Shown here piece by piece: positions 27,305 through 39,109 of a stretch of 64,000 nt of DNA; positions within the stretch are counted from its first letter, which is position 1, and every line of letters begins with the position of its first letter. Both the position numbers and the translations under genes were made by a program. Below the pieces are notes generated by a model, which was given only the letters and a program-made list of their open reading frames with translations, ran no database searches and was not told the DNA's origin. The stretch comes from Priapulus caudatus (Eukaryota), in the NCBI RefSeq assembly GCF_000485595.1, contig NW_014577063.1, positions 789,434 to 853,433 of the forward strand, written 5' to 3'.

Positions 27305-30300
27305 ATATATACAAGGTCGACTCCGGACCGAGCGAAGTGAAAGGATTAAACTAGCAGTTGTGCATGGGAAACCCGTTTTAACAGCGTGTTATTGCTCTCA
27401 CGTTGTACGAGTAGCCGTCTCGAGTGTTGTTTGCACAGCCGATAAACTAGACCTATAGTCTATAATAATTTAGCCTATGGGGTGTTTATTTTGAAGGTAG
27501 AATGTGTTAACATTCTCTGTTTGGATAATCGGTTGCCTTTTTTGTGATGCGCTTTTTTTCGCCGGTCCGTCTCTTACCCGTTCCTGGTTCTTTGTGCATA
27601 AACATGTGGAATGTTTGCGTACGTGGATACCTATTTATATATCCGCACACGCAGTAGTGTACTAACATGCCTGCGGGTATTCGTAGGACGGTGCTGGGGG
27701 GATGTGAATGCCAGGTAAATGTATGCATACGATCGGTTCTCGATAATGTAAGGAAAACATCGTGGAACGAGCATACGTGCGTATGCGCGCCCGCCCGCGT
27801 GCACGCGTGTTGTGATGGCAATGGCTTGCGGCGTGTTATTACTAAATTGGGTGTTGTCATAATTATCAAGTGTGTGTCAAATTATGGTAGACAAATGATG
27901 GGGGAAATAGTGCTGGACGTCTGCATACAAAATGTTACAATTTAGATACTTCATCTAGCTTATTAACTTGATTTTTTGTTAGGCTTCACGCTAGCTATTC
28001 CAGATGCACTACCGCGCAATTTAGTTTCTTTCTAATCAAGCGCTTCGTTGGAAGCCCTGCGAATTTACTGGGACGTAGACGGTGAAAATCAATTGAAGTG
28101 GAAATCAAGAGAACTCAAAGAGAATTGCTGACTAACGCGGTAGGCGGGTTTTTCTTTGAAGTGAGGTTTATCATTCCGCAGCTGCAAAACTCAATTTGAT
28201 GATGAAAGTGTAAAGGTATTCCGTACTGATTAGAGTCGTAGCACTGTGCGAACGTATATATAGCTGAGGTATCAGTCGTTGGAATTACTGCTATGTAGTA
28301 GCACACGCATGTGTACTACGATTGGTGCGTTATAGACGGGCAGGCATTATAGAAGCCTTTCAGTCCAAATTGGGTGTTAAAAATACCGATGTAGAGTAAT
28401 TTTGCTCTGATGTTTTGCTTAGGCTTGCGAGTCGGCAATACTTGGGATGCTTACAAGGTAGAGCATGATGATAGTAGATTGTTTCATGTATGGTGAACTA
28501 TGTGACAACAGTGATAGTTAGGCGGTTGATAACCGTAATCACATGTATAACATCACAGCTAAGTATGATAACCAGGGAATTAATGACAGAAATTTGGGCC
28601 GAATGAGAGATAAAAGTAAGGCAAGTGGACGGGAATGTATTTGAATGGCATTGGAATACGTTTTCGTAATACTGTGTCACGAGAAATTACCACCAATTTC
28701 TTTTCCTGGCGAATGAACCTAAAGGTGGGTCTTATCTGTAAAAGCCATGATCATCAACGTTATTAACACTGAGGTAGTTACACACATTAAATCGACGTCT
28801 ATGTATGTAGACCAGGGCGGTCTCGCATCTTCAACATCTTGGGCCACATGGACGGAAGATCTATCGTTTGCGGGTTACACACAGTTTAATCCAGTAAGAC
28901 CACGTCATATGGTATATGTACAAATTCCTAACTCATGAAGCCTCTAAGCTTTGGCACTAAAACGTTTTATGGATATAACTAAGTCGTACCAGAGCAACTT
29001 CTTGGGGTATTGGGAATTTTGTTAATATTTTCCTGGGTGGGTAAGAGATTAGGACATAGAGGACATATTGTTCCATGCTCCATGACGAACACACGAAAAA
29101 GGTAACCGCACAAGCATTCCTGCCTGAGTGAAATCATTCGTTTCAAGAACTGACTTGATTTCAAGTTTATTCAAATACAATCTGCAAAGAAGCAAAAAAA
29201 ATTATTACAAAAGATCTTTGCCGATATAAAGTCTTGTGCTTAATTCAACTTATTGCAGATTGAATTTTGAATGCGAAATATTCTGTACTAAATTACGCAT
29301 TGATATGCATATTATTCTTGAATGCGTCTTCTCGTATATATGTAGTTTGAAACCATTTTAACCCTATAGCTTTCGTTCGTCGTTGAGCGATGGTTAATTA
29401 TTCGGTCCACTTCAGAATGGCGCCGAGAAAATGTTAAGGAGGCTTTTGTGTAATGTATTTCCTAATGTAGTTTCGCATCGAATTTTCTGCGCTGCACTTA
29501 CTTGGTAGTTAATGTAGAAAGGGCTGCTCCGGGAGAAAACGTTCTGCATGCATTAATGGCTCGGTCCTTTGAAGCAGCTAGGACCTGATGAGTTTACACT
29601 GAAAGCATTCGTGCTGCAGGTTTGTCCACATAGCTAGCCGCAGTCGGTCGGTTGTCGTGTTTGGCAAGCTTCGCAGATAATCGAAATTGCATTTCTTGAA
29701 TCGATCCACGCGAGCAGTGCGATTGTCAGTGTTGCCTGGTGTGCTCGCACGCTGCTTCTACCACCGACTACAAATAATGTCGGATATTATTTCGAAGATG
29801 TCTTTACTCGCTCGCGAAGATATATGTTATTCGTGCGAGTGCGTTTGCGTAGTCAGCTTATGTTACATGCCGTATTCGTAGTTGACCGTGGTTTCTCATT
29901 GCTTCGCATCAGTACACCGCGATGCACGCATTGCACGGCATCCAAAACACTACAGAAAAAACCGAGTAAATCTAGTAGGCCTAATACGCGCATGGAATAA
30001 GTGCATTACTGCGTTTAGGTGGATCCCGAGAAATAACCACTGTTTCGGGAACAGCTAGTTGTTTTCAGAAATATGTGTAACCACGAGTATGTAATTCTCG
30101 CGCTATCCATCGATCACAGTAAACCGGCCCTCACAGTGGGCAAAGGCGGAGTATATGCAATATTATTACTAACTATCAGTACAGTATATGATACCCACAT
30201 GGTAGTTAGAAATCCGCCCATAAATGCCCCTTCCCTTCCGCCATCTATCCAGCCACTACCACGTCCCACATAATGCGTACCAGACTATTATATAAACGCG

Positions 30301-33300
30301 AATTTTTCGTTCATGCGATTACAATAGAAAAATGACATAGTATAAAATCATATGCTAGGAAATTATATGCAGTAAAAGAAGACATTTGCTGCATTTGAAT
30401 TAACTAAAGAACATTCAAGGATGTCATAAATTAAACCGCGCAGTTGAAATTTACTAAAAATGTACATTACAATTAGTTGGGATGTACTAACTTCCAATTA
30501 CTTGGATGGGCTTCCAAGATTTAATTTCCTCCATTTAAAAAAATAGTTCTGCAGTCACGATGACTGAAACAGTTACAGGTTGAAAATTACATTGCGTTTT
30601 CAAATGTGGAACTTAATTGGCATAACTTTTGGGCTGACAACATCTAGGCACACTTAACTTTATTGTATGTCAATATTTGATGCATTTTCGTGTTTTACCT
30701 ACTAAAGGTGCGTAAAAACCTTACTTAGACGTGCGTATCTACATTCCAGCTGTTAGTGTAAACAAACATATTAATTTACTTAATGCACTGTTACTGTTAG
30801 CACGCCGTGTCACCATTATTGTACGTTTTTATTTTACTTTGCATTCATCAAACAATGTAAAAAAATTAAAAATAATATATAAAAGCAGTTAATTGCATGT
30901 GATGCATTTTTAATTAAAATGGTGATATTTTTAAAACATGTTGGGGCCTGGGGTAATGTGAGGCCACGTAGATGTAGTGTTTGGAATTCCGACCCGAGAT
31001 GAGATATCAAGTAATAGGTTGTAGTAGTTTAATTATTGTTATGCATCTGTCATAATTGTGCACGCATATATGCACATGAATGCAACAAAACGTCTTGTAT
31101 CCCACTTTAGCTGAAGGGGTCGTTATCGTATATGTAGTACCCGAGGTGTCGGCGAGTATGTCGCCTACTCCCTAACCCTAACCCTAACCCTAACACCCTA
31201 ACGGTAACCCTAACACTAACCATATCAGATATAGTTACCTCGGGTACATATTATACGCCATTATACGACAACGACCCTTCGTGCCCCACTTTACCTAGTT
31301 TAAATTGGGTGGTCGCTATGTACGTGACACCTATTGTTATTGTGAAATTTGTGGATAAAGAGACCTCTCTAAAGATAAATATTCCAGCACCTTGGTGCAA
31401 TGAAATAACATTCATTTTGTGAATACATGAAACAGCAATCTGCATTTCAAAGGCATCAAAACACAATTGCACAGAGCTTAACATTTGCATTACATCCCAG
31501 GTAATAATCTTTCAACAAAGGGAAAACACGGTCATTCTACTTAAAATCACTTTTCTGTACTGCTTTGCATGTACAGCTATTAAAAAAATTATTTCAAGAA
31601 CAGGATGCAAAGTTCCAGAACAATGGGCCGGCTTTACCTCCTAACAAAGACACCTTTGTCTCTGGATAAATATGTGCGTGAGTAACCCTGTGTGTCTATG
31701 GGTGGGCCCAGTGTTACCCACAATGTTTTGAGAACACTCTTGTAACAGCTTTCCATTGCTCGATATAAAATATAGAATTATGAAAACATTTTGATAGTAG
31801 TCATCAAGAACAGTTCCAGCAATATTTGTTTTTCTATACGCAAAAACAAAATATAAAAAACAGGAGTAATATATGATGTAAATAATTGGCATATTCGTAA
31901 TTCTATGGTAGGGGAGTGAGATATGGCAAAGAATGGTATAGTAGGAGACATGCAAGGACAAAAAGAGTTCCATTTACTGGCCTCACTCTGTCTATAATCT
32001 AATATGTGTAACTCAATAAACATGAATCCAAAGGCAGCTTGAAACATTCAATTAATCAGCCTCATCCATAGTCTTTTCTCACACATATAATAACCGTAGA
32101 GAAATAAGACGTCTACGGCATTTGGACGAGGTAGCCAGCGCCATCTATCCTATCCGTTACCATTTATCAACAAACTGAGTGATATCTATTGTATCACATG
32201 ACAAACAGTAAGAAGTTCGGCAAGAGTTCTGTGTTAGAGTAGGCTTACCTTTACCACGCCTTACCCTATATGATGTACTGTTTTCGTGCACTGGTTCAAA
32301 TCTACTTTTGCCACACGTTGTGGCGGTCATTGGTAGCGAAAGATTGTTTGTGCTAGGTGGCAGCATCGCTCAACGGGCAACATTGATTTTCAGTGGGCAA
32401 TATTAGTTTTTATTTCATTGCACGCGATATGGTCTGCACCAATTACAATGCAGTATTTTTTGCAGGCATATAATATATCCTACAGTGAACTAATGTTAGC
32501 CATGTTTAGTGTATCTGTCTAAAACCGGCACATATCTCCACACCAATTGGTAATAACTTGATTTTGATATTGTGTAAATTTGTAATTTTATTACTACTAG
32601 CAAGCCCTGTTCGTGATCTCCAAATGTATGCATGCAAACGTAAAATTCTGTACTATACAATACTTTTAATTAAATCCATGTACCTGTACCTATATATGTA
32701 CCCTGTACCTGTATCTAATTCTGTACTGAATAACCTATAATTCTGTAATATATTCTGTGTAACAGACAACCGTTCTCGTTTACAGTTGTAAGTGTGACCA
32801 GAGCAAGTGTACACAGCTTCGTTGTCCTGCTGGCCAGGAGCCAATTGGAGATAGGAAGCCAGCGACTAACGTGCCTGGCTCGTGTTGTGATAAATTAGAC
32901 TGCAAGAAAGGTAAGCTTAGATGCCAACAAGGTTTAACATGTTCTCCTAAAATGAACAGGAAAAGTAAACTAAAGCTTTCTGTTGCGATGGCGCAGCAAG
33001 TTCCACAGTGTGTGCGGCGGGCTTAAATTCTAACTAAAAAAGACAACTCAATCTTCAACAATCATGCAGTTTAATTCTCCAAACATATTAATAAAGTACC
33101 CGCCCACTTTATTTCTTTAAACGTAGAGTGAAGTAGCTATTCACTTTAGTGGTCTAAACTCATATATATACCTGTAGGTTATAACTTATAAGTAACTACG
33201 TGTAGGTTACTAGGTTACCACAATGATGATTGATCGCCCCTCACATTTACCAGTGTGAGAGCCAATAATCACTTACAAAAAAGCTTCTGTTATTCAAGGT

Positions 33301-33580
33301 CAAAGTGCTCATATCATGATGTTGTCTAACATGTTTACGGTATAGGTCTCACACATTTTATTCTTGCATGTTTTGTTTTTAATTTCTATAATATTCCATA
33401 CGTTTAACCAGAGGAATTTGCAATATCTATCATAAGTTGAGTAGACATTGAGAGTGGAGGTTCTAGGGACCCTGTCAAGTAACCTATTTTGCTTTACAGT
33501 CGTTTTAAAGTATGACACTGAAGCGAGTACTGTGGAGAATTTGGCAACGACTTTGATCGATGGGAGCCAATCCACACATG
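21995..33580 (+). CDS. CRIM1-like cysteine-rich membrane protein, shared exons 21995-22098, 23329-23484, 25320-25437, 32786-32910, 33500-33580 (start exon not identified)
   Basis: All exons have AG/GT boundaries with matching phases (2-1-1-2-1-1). Spliced product VTPAYGLNCSQVMCTPVPQMLCPPDSEVIETQRADADSCCPKPGRCICGECRPAVCDEPGWQEVIVRRGNSSTPGSCCDLYECKYKDEECQLPMTNCSAPDCPDDSVLVSHPAERVFTPCCTKSISCKCDQSKCTQLRCPAGQEPIGDRKPATNVPGSCCDKLDCKK matches the CPxDS...CC...CxC...PGxCCDxxEC repeats I recall from the N-terminal Cys-rich region of CRIM1. Confidence 0.8.
22227..22437. mobile_element. hAT-like MITE
   Basis: TIRs caggggcgtagcta / tagctacgccactg; 8-bp TSD gcaacgat / gaaacgat; internal gtgcccccc repeats. 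Confidence 0.85.
23164..23202. mobile_element. 39-bp perfect hairpin element with 7-bp TSD atattat
   Basis: cagaagtagataatagggaatccctattatctacttctg is a perfect palindrome around one base, with CA...TG ends. Confidence 0.65.
24050..24800. repeat. Highly diverged tandem repeat, period ~105 bp
   Basis: Recurring gtaaaa...gaaattggctacaacatattatc...ctggagtcatgtt-like blocks near 24192, 24298, 24417, 24520 and 24627. Confidence 0.65.
25195..25288. mobile_element. CAAGAGC-terminus MITE, 7-bp TSD attttac
   Basis: caagagctaataatac ... gtattatcagctcttg; TSD on both sides. Confidence 0.85.
31113..31280. mobile_element. Inverted-repeat element carrying (CCCTAA)n
   Basis: Inner IR gtacccgaggt/acctcgggtac; outer IR gaaggggtcgttatcgtata/tatacgacaacgacccttc; core matches 18810-18872 in reverse complement. 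Confidence 0.65.
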
Positions 33581-34533
33581 GTACGCACGTGGCAATGTCT
33601 CAAGTGGTCAGAATATTAGGCAACATATTGAAATTAGTTGAGACTTCTCCTTTGCATACGTGTAAAGCACACAAATGTATTTTCTCCAGTCAAGTTATTA
33701 TGGAATAGTCATATAATGTGCCACATCTGAAAATCTCTTGTGCGACATAGCCACTTTCCTGACAAACACTATGCTGATAGTAACAAATTGTAATTCAGTA
33801 GTTAATTTTTCAATGAATCGGATGAGGAGACAATTTAGGGAAATTAGAATAGTGAGCCATATATTGTAAAAATAGTATTTTTGATAGGTTTGTGTTTACT
33901 AATATATATTTCTCTTGGAACTGAGTTTTGGTTACAATGGCGATATATTTCTTTTTTTCATTTTGAATATTTGTCATATAAATTAAAATTATTAATCCTA
34001 CCTGTTATTGGTAATATGAAGTGACTTGCACGTGCACGTATTTTTCTCCCCTTATAAACGTATAAAGTGCACCAGCACGATTTATGTTGCTTGGCTTGCC
34101 ACTCTTTGTGTTTAACTCCATCTTGTGAGGTCAAAGACAGTGTTATTCACCATTTCATTCAATACTTGTCATTATAATTTCATGAAATAAATATAGAATT
34201 ATATAGATATAGATAGGAATGAAAGTTATACATGAAATTATAATGACAGCAATGTATGATATTGTGTGCAGCAGGGTCATTAATCTCACAATAAATTTGA
34301 ATTGGTGAGTGAATTAACTCATCAATTCAATTTTCCTTTTTAGTTTGAGCATGTTCAATTAACATTAATCATTAATTTAACATCATAATCTTCAATTAAA
34401 CATGGATCAATGGATTTCACAATGGGCAATGCGTTTTTATTTAGCATGGCATGCAAACGTATTACGCACATATCGCTTCCCCCGCAAATTTTTCCCTGCC
34501 ACGCTGTTCCCATTTTTGCACGCGCTGTTTCAG

Positions 34534-34742
34534 AGCCTGGCAAAGCAAGTAATAACAATAAGTGGATCATCATCGGAGTCGTGCTGTCAGCTTTCGTGGT
34601 GTGTGCGATCGGGTTCGTGATCTGTTGGTTGAAAAAGCGACACTCGAGCACGAAGAAGCATGGCGGAGCCGCCGCCGCCGAGAACGGCAATTGCATGGAG
34701 CTGAAGAGCCAGCCGCTGCTCTCCAATGGGGAGGTGCCATGA
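34534..34742 (+). CDS. CRIM1-like gene, terminal exon A: short stalk, TM helix, cytoplasmic tail
   Basis: Acceptor cgctgtttcag, phase 1; encodes EPGKASNNNKWIIIGVVLSAFVVCAIGFVICWLKKRH...CMELKSQPLLSNGEVP*. Confidence 0.78.
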
Positions 34743-34846
34743 GACGAGAGCCGACTCTTCAAGAACTTCGTCGATCGATCCCGCTCTTTCTCTCTCGCGC
34801 TCGCGACGCGGAACTCACCGTCGTTCATTGTTCTTCGCTGTTTCAG

Positions 34847-35511
34847 AATCGGTGTTCGTGAGACAGAGCCACCCGACTGCACAGGGGGCGTACCCCGAGT
34901 TAGCGAGTAGTCCGCCTGCGAGGGTGCCGTCGGATGTGTATGACACCACGGTGCAGATAGACGCACTGCCTGATTGGGAGAGCCATGCGTCTACAGAGGC
35001 GCCATCTGGTGTGGTGATTCATCAGACTACAGAGGTGCTGCCAGGTGTCTTGGTCGGGCAACTAAGCACCACGGTGGCAGCAGATGTGGTGATTCGTCCG
35101 ACATCCGTGGCGCCATCTGTCTTGGTCAGTCAACTGCCGACAGAGGAGCCTAGTTATACTAATGTGGTATCATCTGAAGGGGTGCCAATGACGGAGGTGC
35201 CCGCCATACTGCTGACCCACTTGAGCTCGGGAGACGGCCACGAGGACCCGTATAGCAACCTGCGCAACTTTGTCCTGATCGTGGGCATCGCCGTACTAGT
35301 CTGTGTGCTTATCATTGTCGCACTTATCTTCTGCTTTCTGCACCAGCGTCGCAAAGTAAAGAAGCGCTATCAGAACAAGCCGCACATAGTTAGCCTCATC
35401 CGCGCGGAACAAGGCAGCCACGGCGGTAATCCCACGGCCTCCTATAGCTGTCCCATTGAGCTCACCAGCTGCAGGCTTCTAGTGAATGGCGAGCCGGCAC
35501 TGGCGATGTAA
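34847..35511 (+). CDS. CRIM1-like gene, terminal exon B: S/T/P/V-rich stalk, TM helix, cytoplasmic tail
   Basis: Same acceptor cgctgtttcag, phase 1; ~220 open codons; TM FVLIVGIAVLVCVLIIVALIFCFL followed by basic HQRRKVKKR; tail CPIELTSCRLLVNGEPALAM*. Confidence 0.78.
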
Positions 35512-36954
35512 CGCGAAACAATGGGCACGTCGTCTTCGGCTTTTAACGCTCTCGTCTCTGCGCAGTGATTTTAGTGGATATCTGTAGGAAGCATGGCTTT
35601 GCACAGAATAGCATGCCCATCGTTTGCACACACACGCACACACATCGTTGTGTTCTGCCTTTATCAGTAGAGCTCCCAGACGCTGTGTTGGAAGCTGTGC
35701 TTATAGATTAGCAGTGAGGTAATCTACGTTTGTCAGCTGCATGCTCACTTGCGGCGTCAATCGCACACTGCACTACGACTTCTTCTACCCTTCTTTGCAA
35801 ATTTACGCATAATTAACTGCAATATTGTCCCTCTGCCAATGATAGGCAGGAAGCGTACGTTCACAGTGCACCCTCGCAGATCAGTGTATTCCTTCCCATC
35901 ATTGAAGTTTGAACCGAAATGTAGATCCACAGTTGCTCTCCTCTAGCCGTATTTGATTAGCCAAATGTGATTTTTTTGGATATAAATAGCAGCTCAAGGG
36001 TTACCTTGTTGCTCGTTGTCCACCATTGTCCACTTCCTTGCTGAAACAGCTTCAGTGTGAATGTCTGCCAACGTTCCACATAGCCTGTAGTCCATTATAG
36101 TTGGCCTCAAGCTTTGTGCAGACTTTTCTTGAATTCTTGGAAACATTTACTAATCATGAACTGCTTTTCCAGTCATTTGAAAGCCCGTAAATTAGCCAAA
36201 TGGTGGATTTATTAGCACTATTCTGCTGAGCACTATTCTATCAGTCAGGACTAGAGTAGAATGTCTGTGTCTTTAATCTGCCTCGTCATTAATTCGTATT
36301 GCGGTCCTATTTGTGATCTTCACTCAGTCATATGATATAGGCAGAAACGTGGCAAGTACAGTTTTAGTGAGGAAGGGACTGTTGGGGAAGCGACCGAAGT
36401 CACGCCCTTGGTAAAGGTAAATTCACTCCTCTCACTTTGGCAAAATCATACTTTGATTGTATACAAAGAGTAAACTGTGTGGGTCGAACGAAGCACCTTC
36501 GATTTTTTTAAATTGGAGTAGTGTGAATACGCAGTCATTTGGTGGTAAAAGCCGTAAAACGAGAAAGGTGTTGACATTGATGGTTACTATTAAAATGTAT
36601 CCATTCAACTGTAAAAAGACTGACTGGCTTCTATAATCTACTGATAGGAGTATTTTCGTTTAAAATAAACCTTGATAAAATGCCACTAGTCTGTTCATAT
36701 TGGTGTGGGCGTGCGTAACAGGGCTGCCACACAATTTACAGACAATAATCACATTTTTATCAAGGTTTGACAAGCCCTAGCCCTTGTATCCACAGCATAG
36801 GATGGTCGCTTGGAATAGGTACTCGCTTTTATTGTGTAATATGTTTAAGAAAACAGCAATAGTTCATTAAACAAGAGAGTTGTTATTATTGATATACCTG
36901 TTGGATACGAATTCTAGGGGTTAGCAAAGCTTCATGAGATTCCACCACAGCAGG

Positions 36955-37420
36955 TGTATTGTATTGTATTTATCCAGTTGATAACGTAACAATATATAGA
37001 AACTAATATAAACAATAGACAGAGCTATACTACAGGTCAGCCTCAGCTTGAGAATAGAAACTTAAATATGGTTAGTGTGCCAACACTTTCTTAAAGAAGT
37101 TTCTTTAAATTTCTTTTAGAAATTCTTTACCTTCCTTTGTAGGCCACGTTTGAGATAATGGAATTTTGTTGCCAACAAAAACATTTTGTTTGGAAGTATA
37201 ACAAATGGGTTACAATAGCATAACAACCGTGGTGGCAATTTTATGATGTTGTTCTCAAGCCCTGCAATTCGCATCAGCAGGGTTTGAAAGGTAATCATTC
37301 CCTTGTTGAATGAATTCTTGGTAGCCATAACAAGGCTCGGTATAGTCCATGAATGCTGAGCTGAGAAATCCACATGCATTCCACTGCTTTGTAAACTATT
37401 TATAATATAAGAAGTTATCT
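36955..37420 (-). mobile_element. Possible degraded LINE (CR1/L2-type) 3' end
   Basis: Short (CAATA)n-like tail on the minus strand at 36955-36970, downstream of an AT-rich minus-strand ORF; no recognisable RT motif. Confidence 0.3.
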
Positions 37421-39109
37421 GTATATTTAGGCATAAATTGTAATTACTGTTGTTCACTTATCGTAGATATTTAAATTGATTTTTTTGTTATGTTGTGGTA
37501 TGTTGTTTTTTCAACATTTGTGTTGATTGTTGTGATTTTTCCCAATTTGTACGTTTCAATTGTATTCCAGTGGTAGCTGCAAAGTTAAAGGTAGATTGTT
37601 TGCAGGGTACAGTGCACAAGCATGTGTTTTTAAAACGTGATGTTTTGGGTCGATCGTATCATTGTCAGAGTGATCCCATGTATTCTCACTGTTGTATAAT
37701 ATATTACTTTAGAACATTCCACATGATTATGATATGAGAACCTATTTCTCTTATGTGTAATTCATTTACAGATCGACGGTTTACGCTGATAGTTAAGATT
37801 ACTGTTTACATTGCATTACATTACATTGCATAAGGTAATTGCATGGTATACATGTATCTTTTTATGTATATAATCGTAGAATTTTCTTGACTGCAATAAC
37901 AGTTGTCAAACCACTGTGAACCTCTCCTGAGGCTAGTTGTAAAGAAGAGGACGTCGCTACGTGCAAAGCATTTAGTCGATTGGAGATTCAAAAATCAGTA
38001 CAAAACATGGTCTTCTAGGTTTTTGCAACCGTTGTTGAGGTCTCTTTTATTTGTCTAAAAGAACTTTAACATCACACGTTGTTGCCATCTTGGCTAAGTA
38101 CAATAAATCTACCTCTCAATGCCTAGCATGAGCACGCAACACGCGCACGAAATATCATCACCTCCATGAATATCGGGTACCTAATTATTGGATCATTAAA
38201 AGACCATAACACGTCATTTGCAGGGTCAGCAACACATAGGAATGGAGCAATAAAACATATTGTGATCGCCATAGTTACGCCACTATACACAAACGCAAAC
38301 AAAGCAGACATTTTTTAATCTGAGCTGAAGCATTAGAACGTAGAATAATACATCTAATTGTCATGGAGGTTTATAGTACGCCTGTAAAAATATAAATTCA
38401 TGATAATCTATGTATTTCACGAGAAGCTTACTAACTGCAGCTTTTGGTCAAATACTGTGAATAAGCAAACCAATAACAAAATATATTAAGTTGAAACTAA
38501 TTATTCGATATATATAAATATCAATATAAAAGACAGCCTATGGATATAAGCATGTCTTTATTTATAATACATTCTAAGTTCAGTACATGATCAGACAAAC
38601 TGATTCAGGCAATCTATGAACAATTTGTCATTATTTAATAATCTGGCCCTTTCATTTACTCACCATGAGTTAACAATAACCTAACAATTAATTTGATCCT
38701 GTTACAGGTATAGAATTTTACAAATTGTTGAATTATTTTGGAAACGATGATTAACAAACCTGGCATGTTGGTTTGGCCACTTTTACAAGGCTAATCGGGG
38801 CCAAGGGCTATATAATAGCAGACGTGTTAATGTAACTTAATTCTACCACTGCCCACATTGGCATTGTCAACTGCAATCTTCAATTTTCTGTGTCTATATA
38901 TGTTAGACAGATGCAAGTTATTCAACACAATCAATTAATAACATCAACTGTGACAGTAGGTCAGGAACACAGCTTTATATACACACAAATGATCATTTTC
39001 CTGGTTACGAAGTGCAGTTACGAGATATACACATACTACATATTTAACAGGTTTGTGAGTGAAAGGTGTATCCACAGTGGTACTTGCTTAGCATGTGTCG
39101 AAATCTGTG

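Noticed and set aside
31641..32047. Possible LINE remnant (SKWNSF motif)
   Set aside because: Similarity to an RT C-terminus is too weak to call without a search.
34355..34966. 203-aa minus-strand ORF
   Set aside because: Antisense shadow of the GC-rich plus-strand TM exons.
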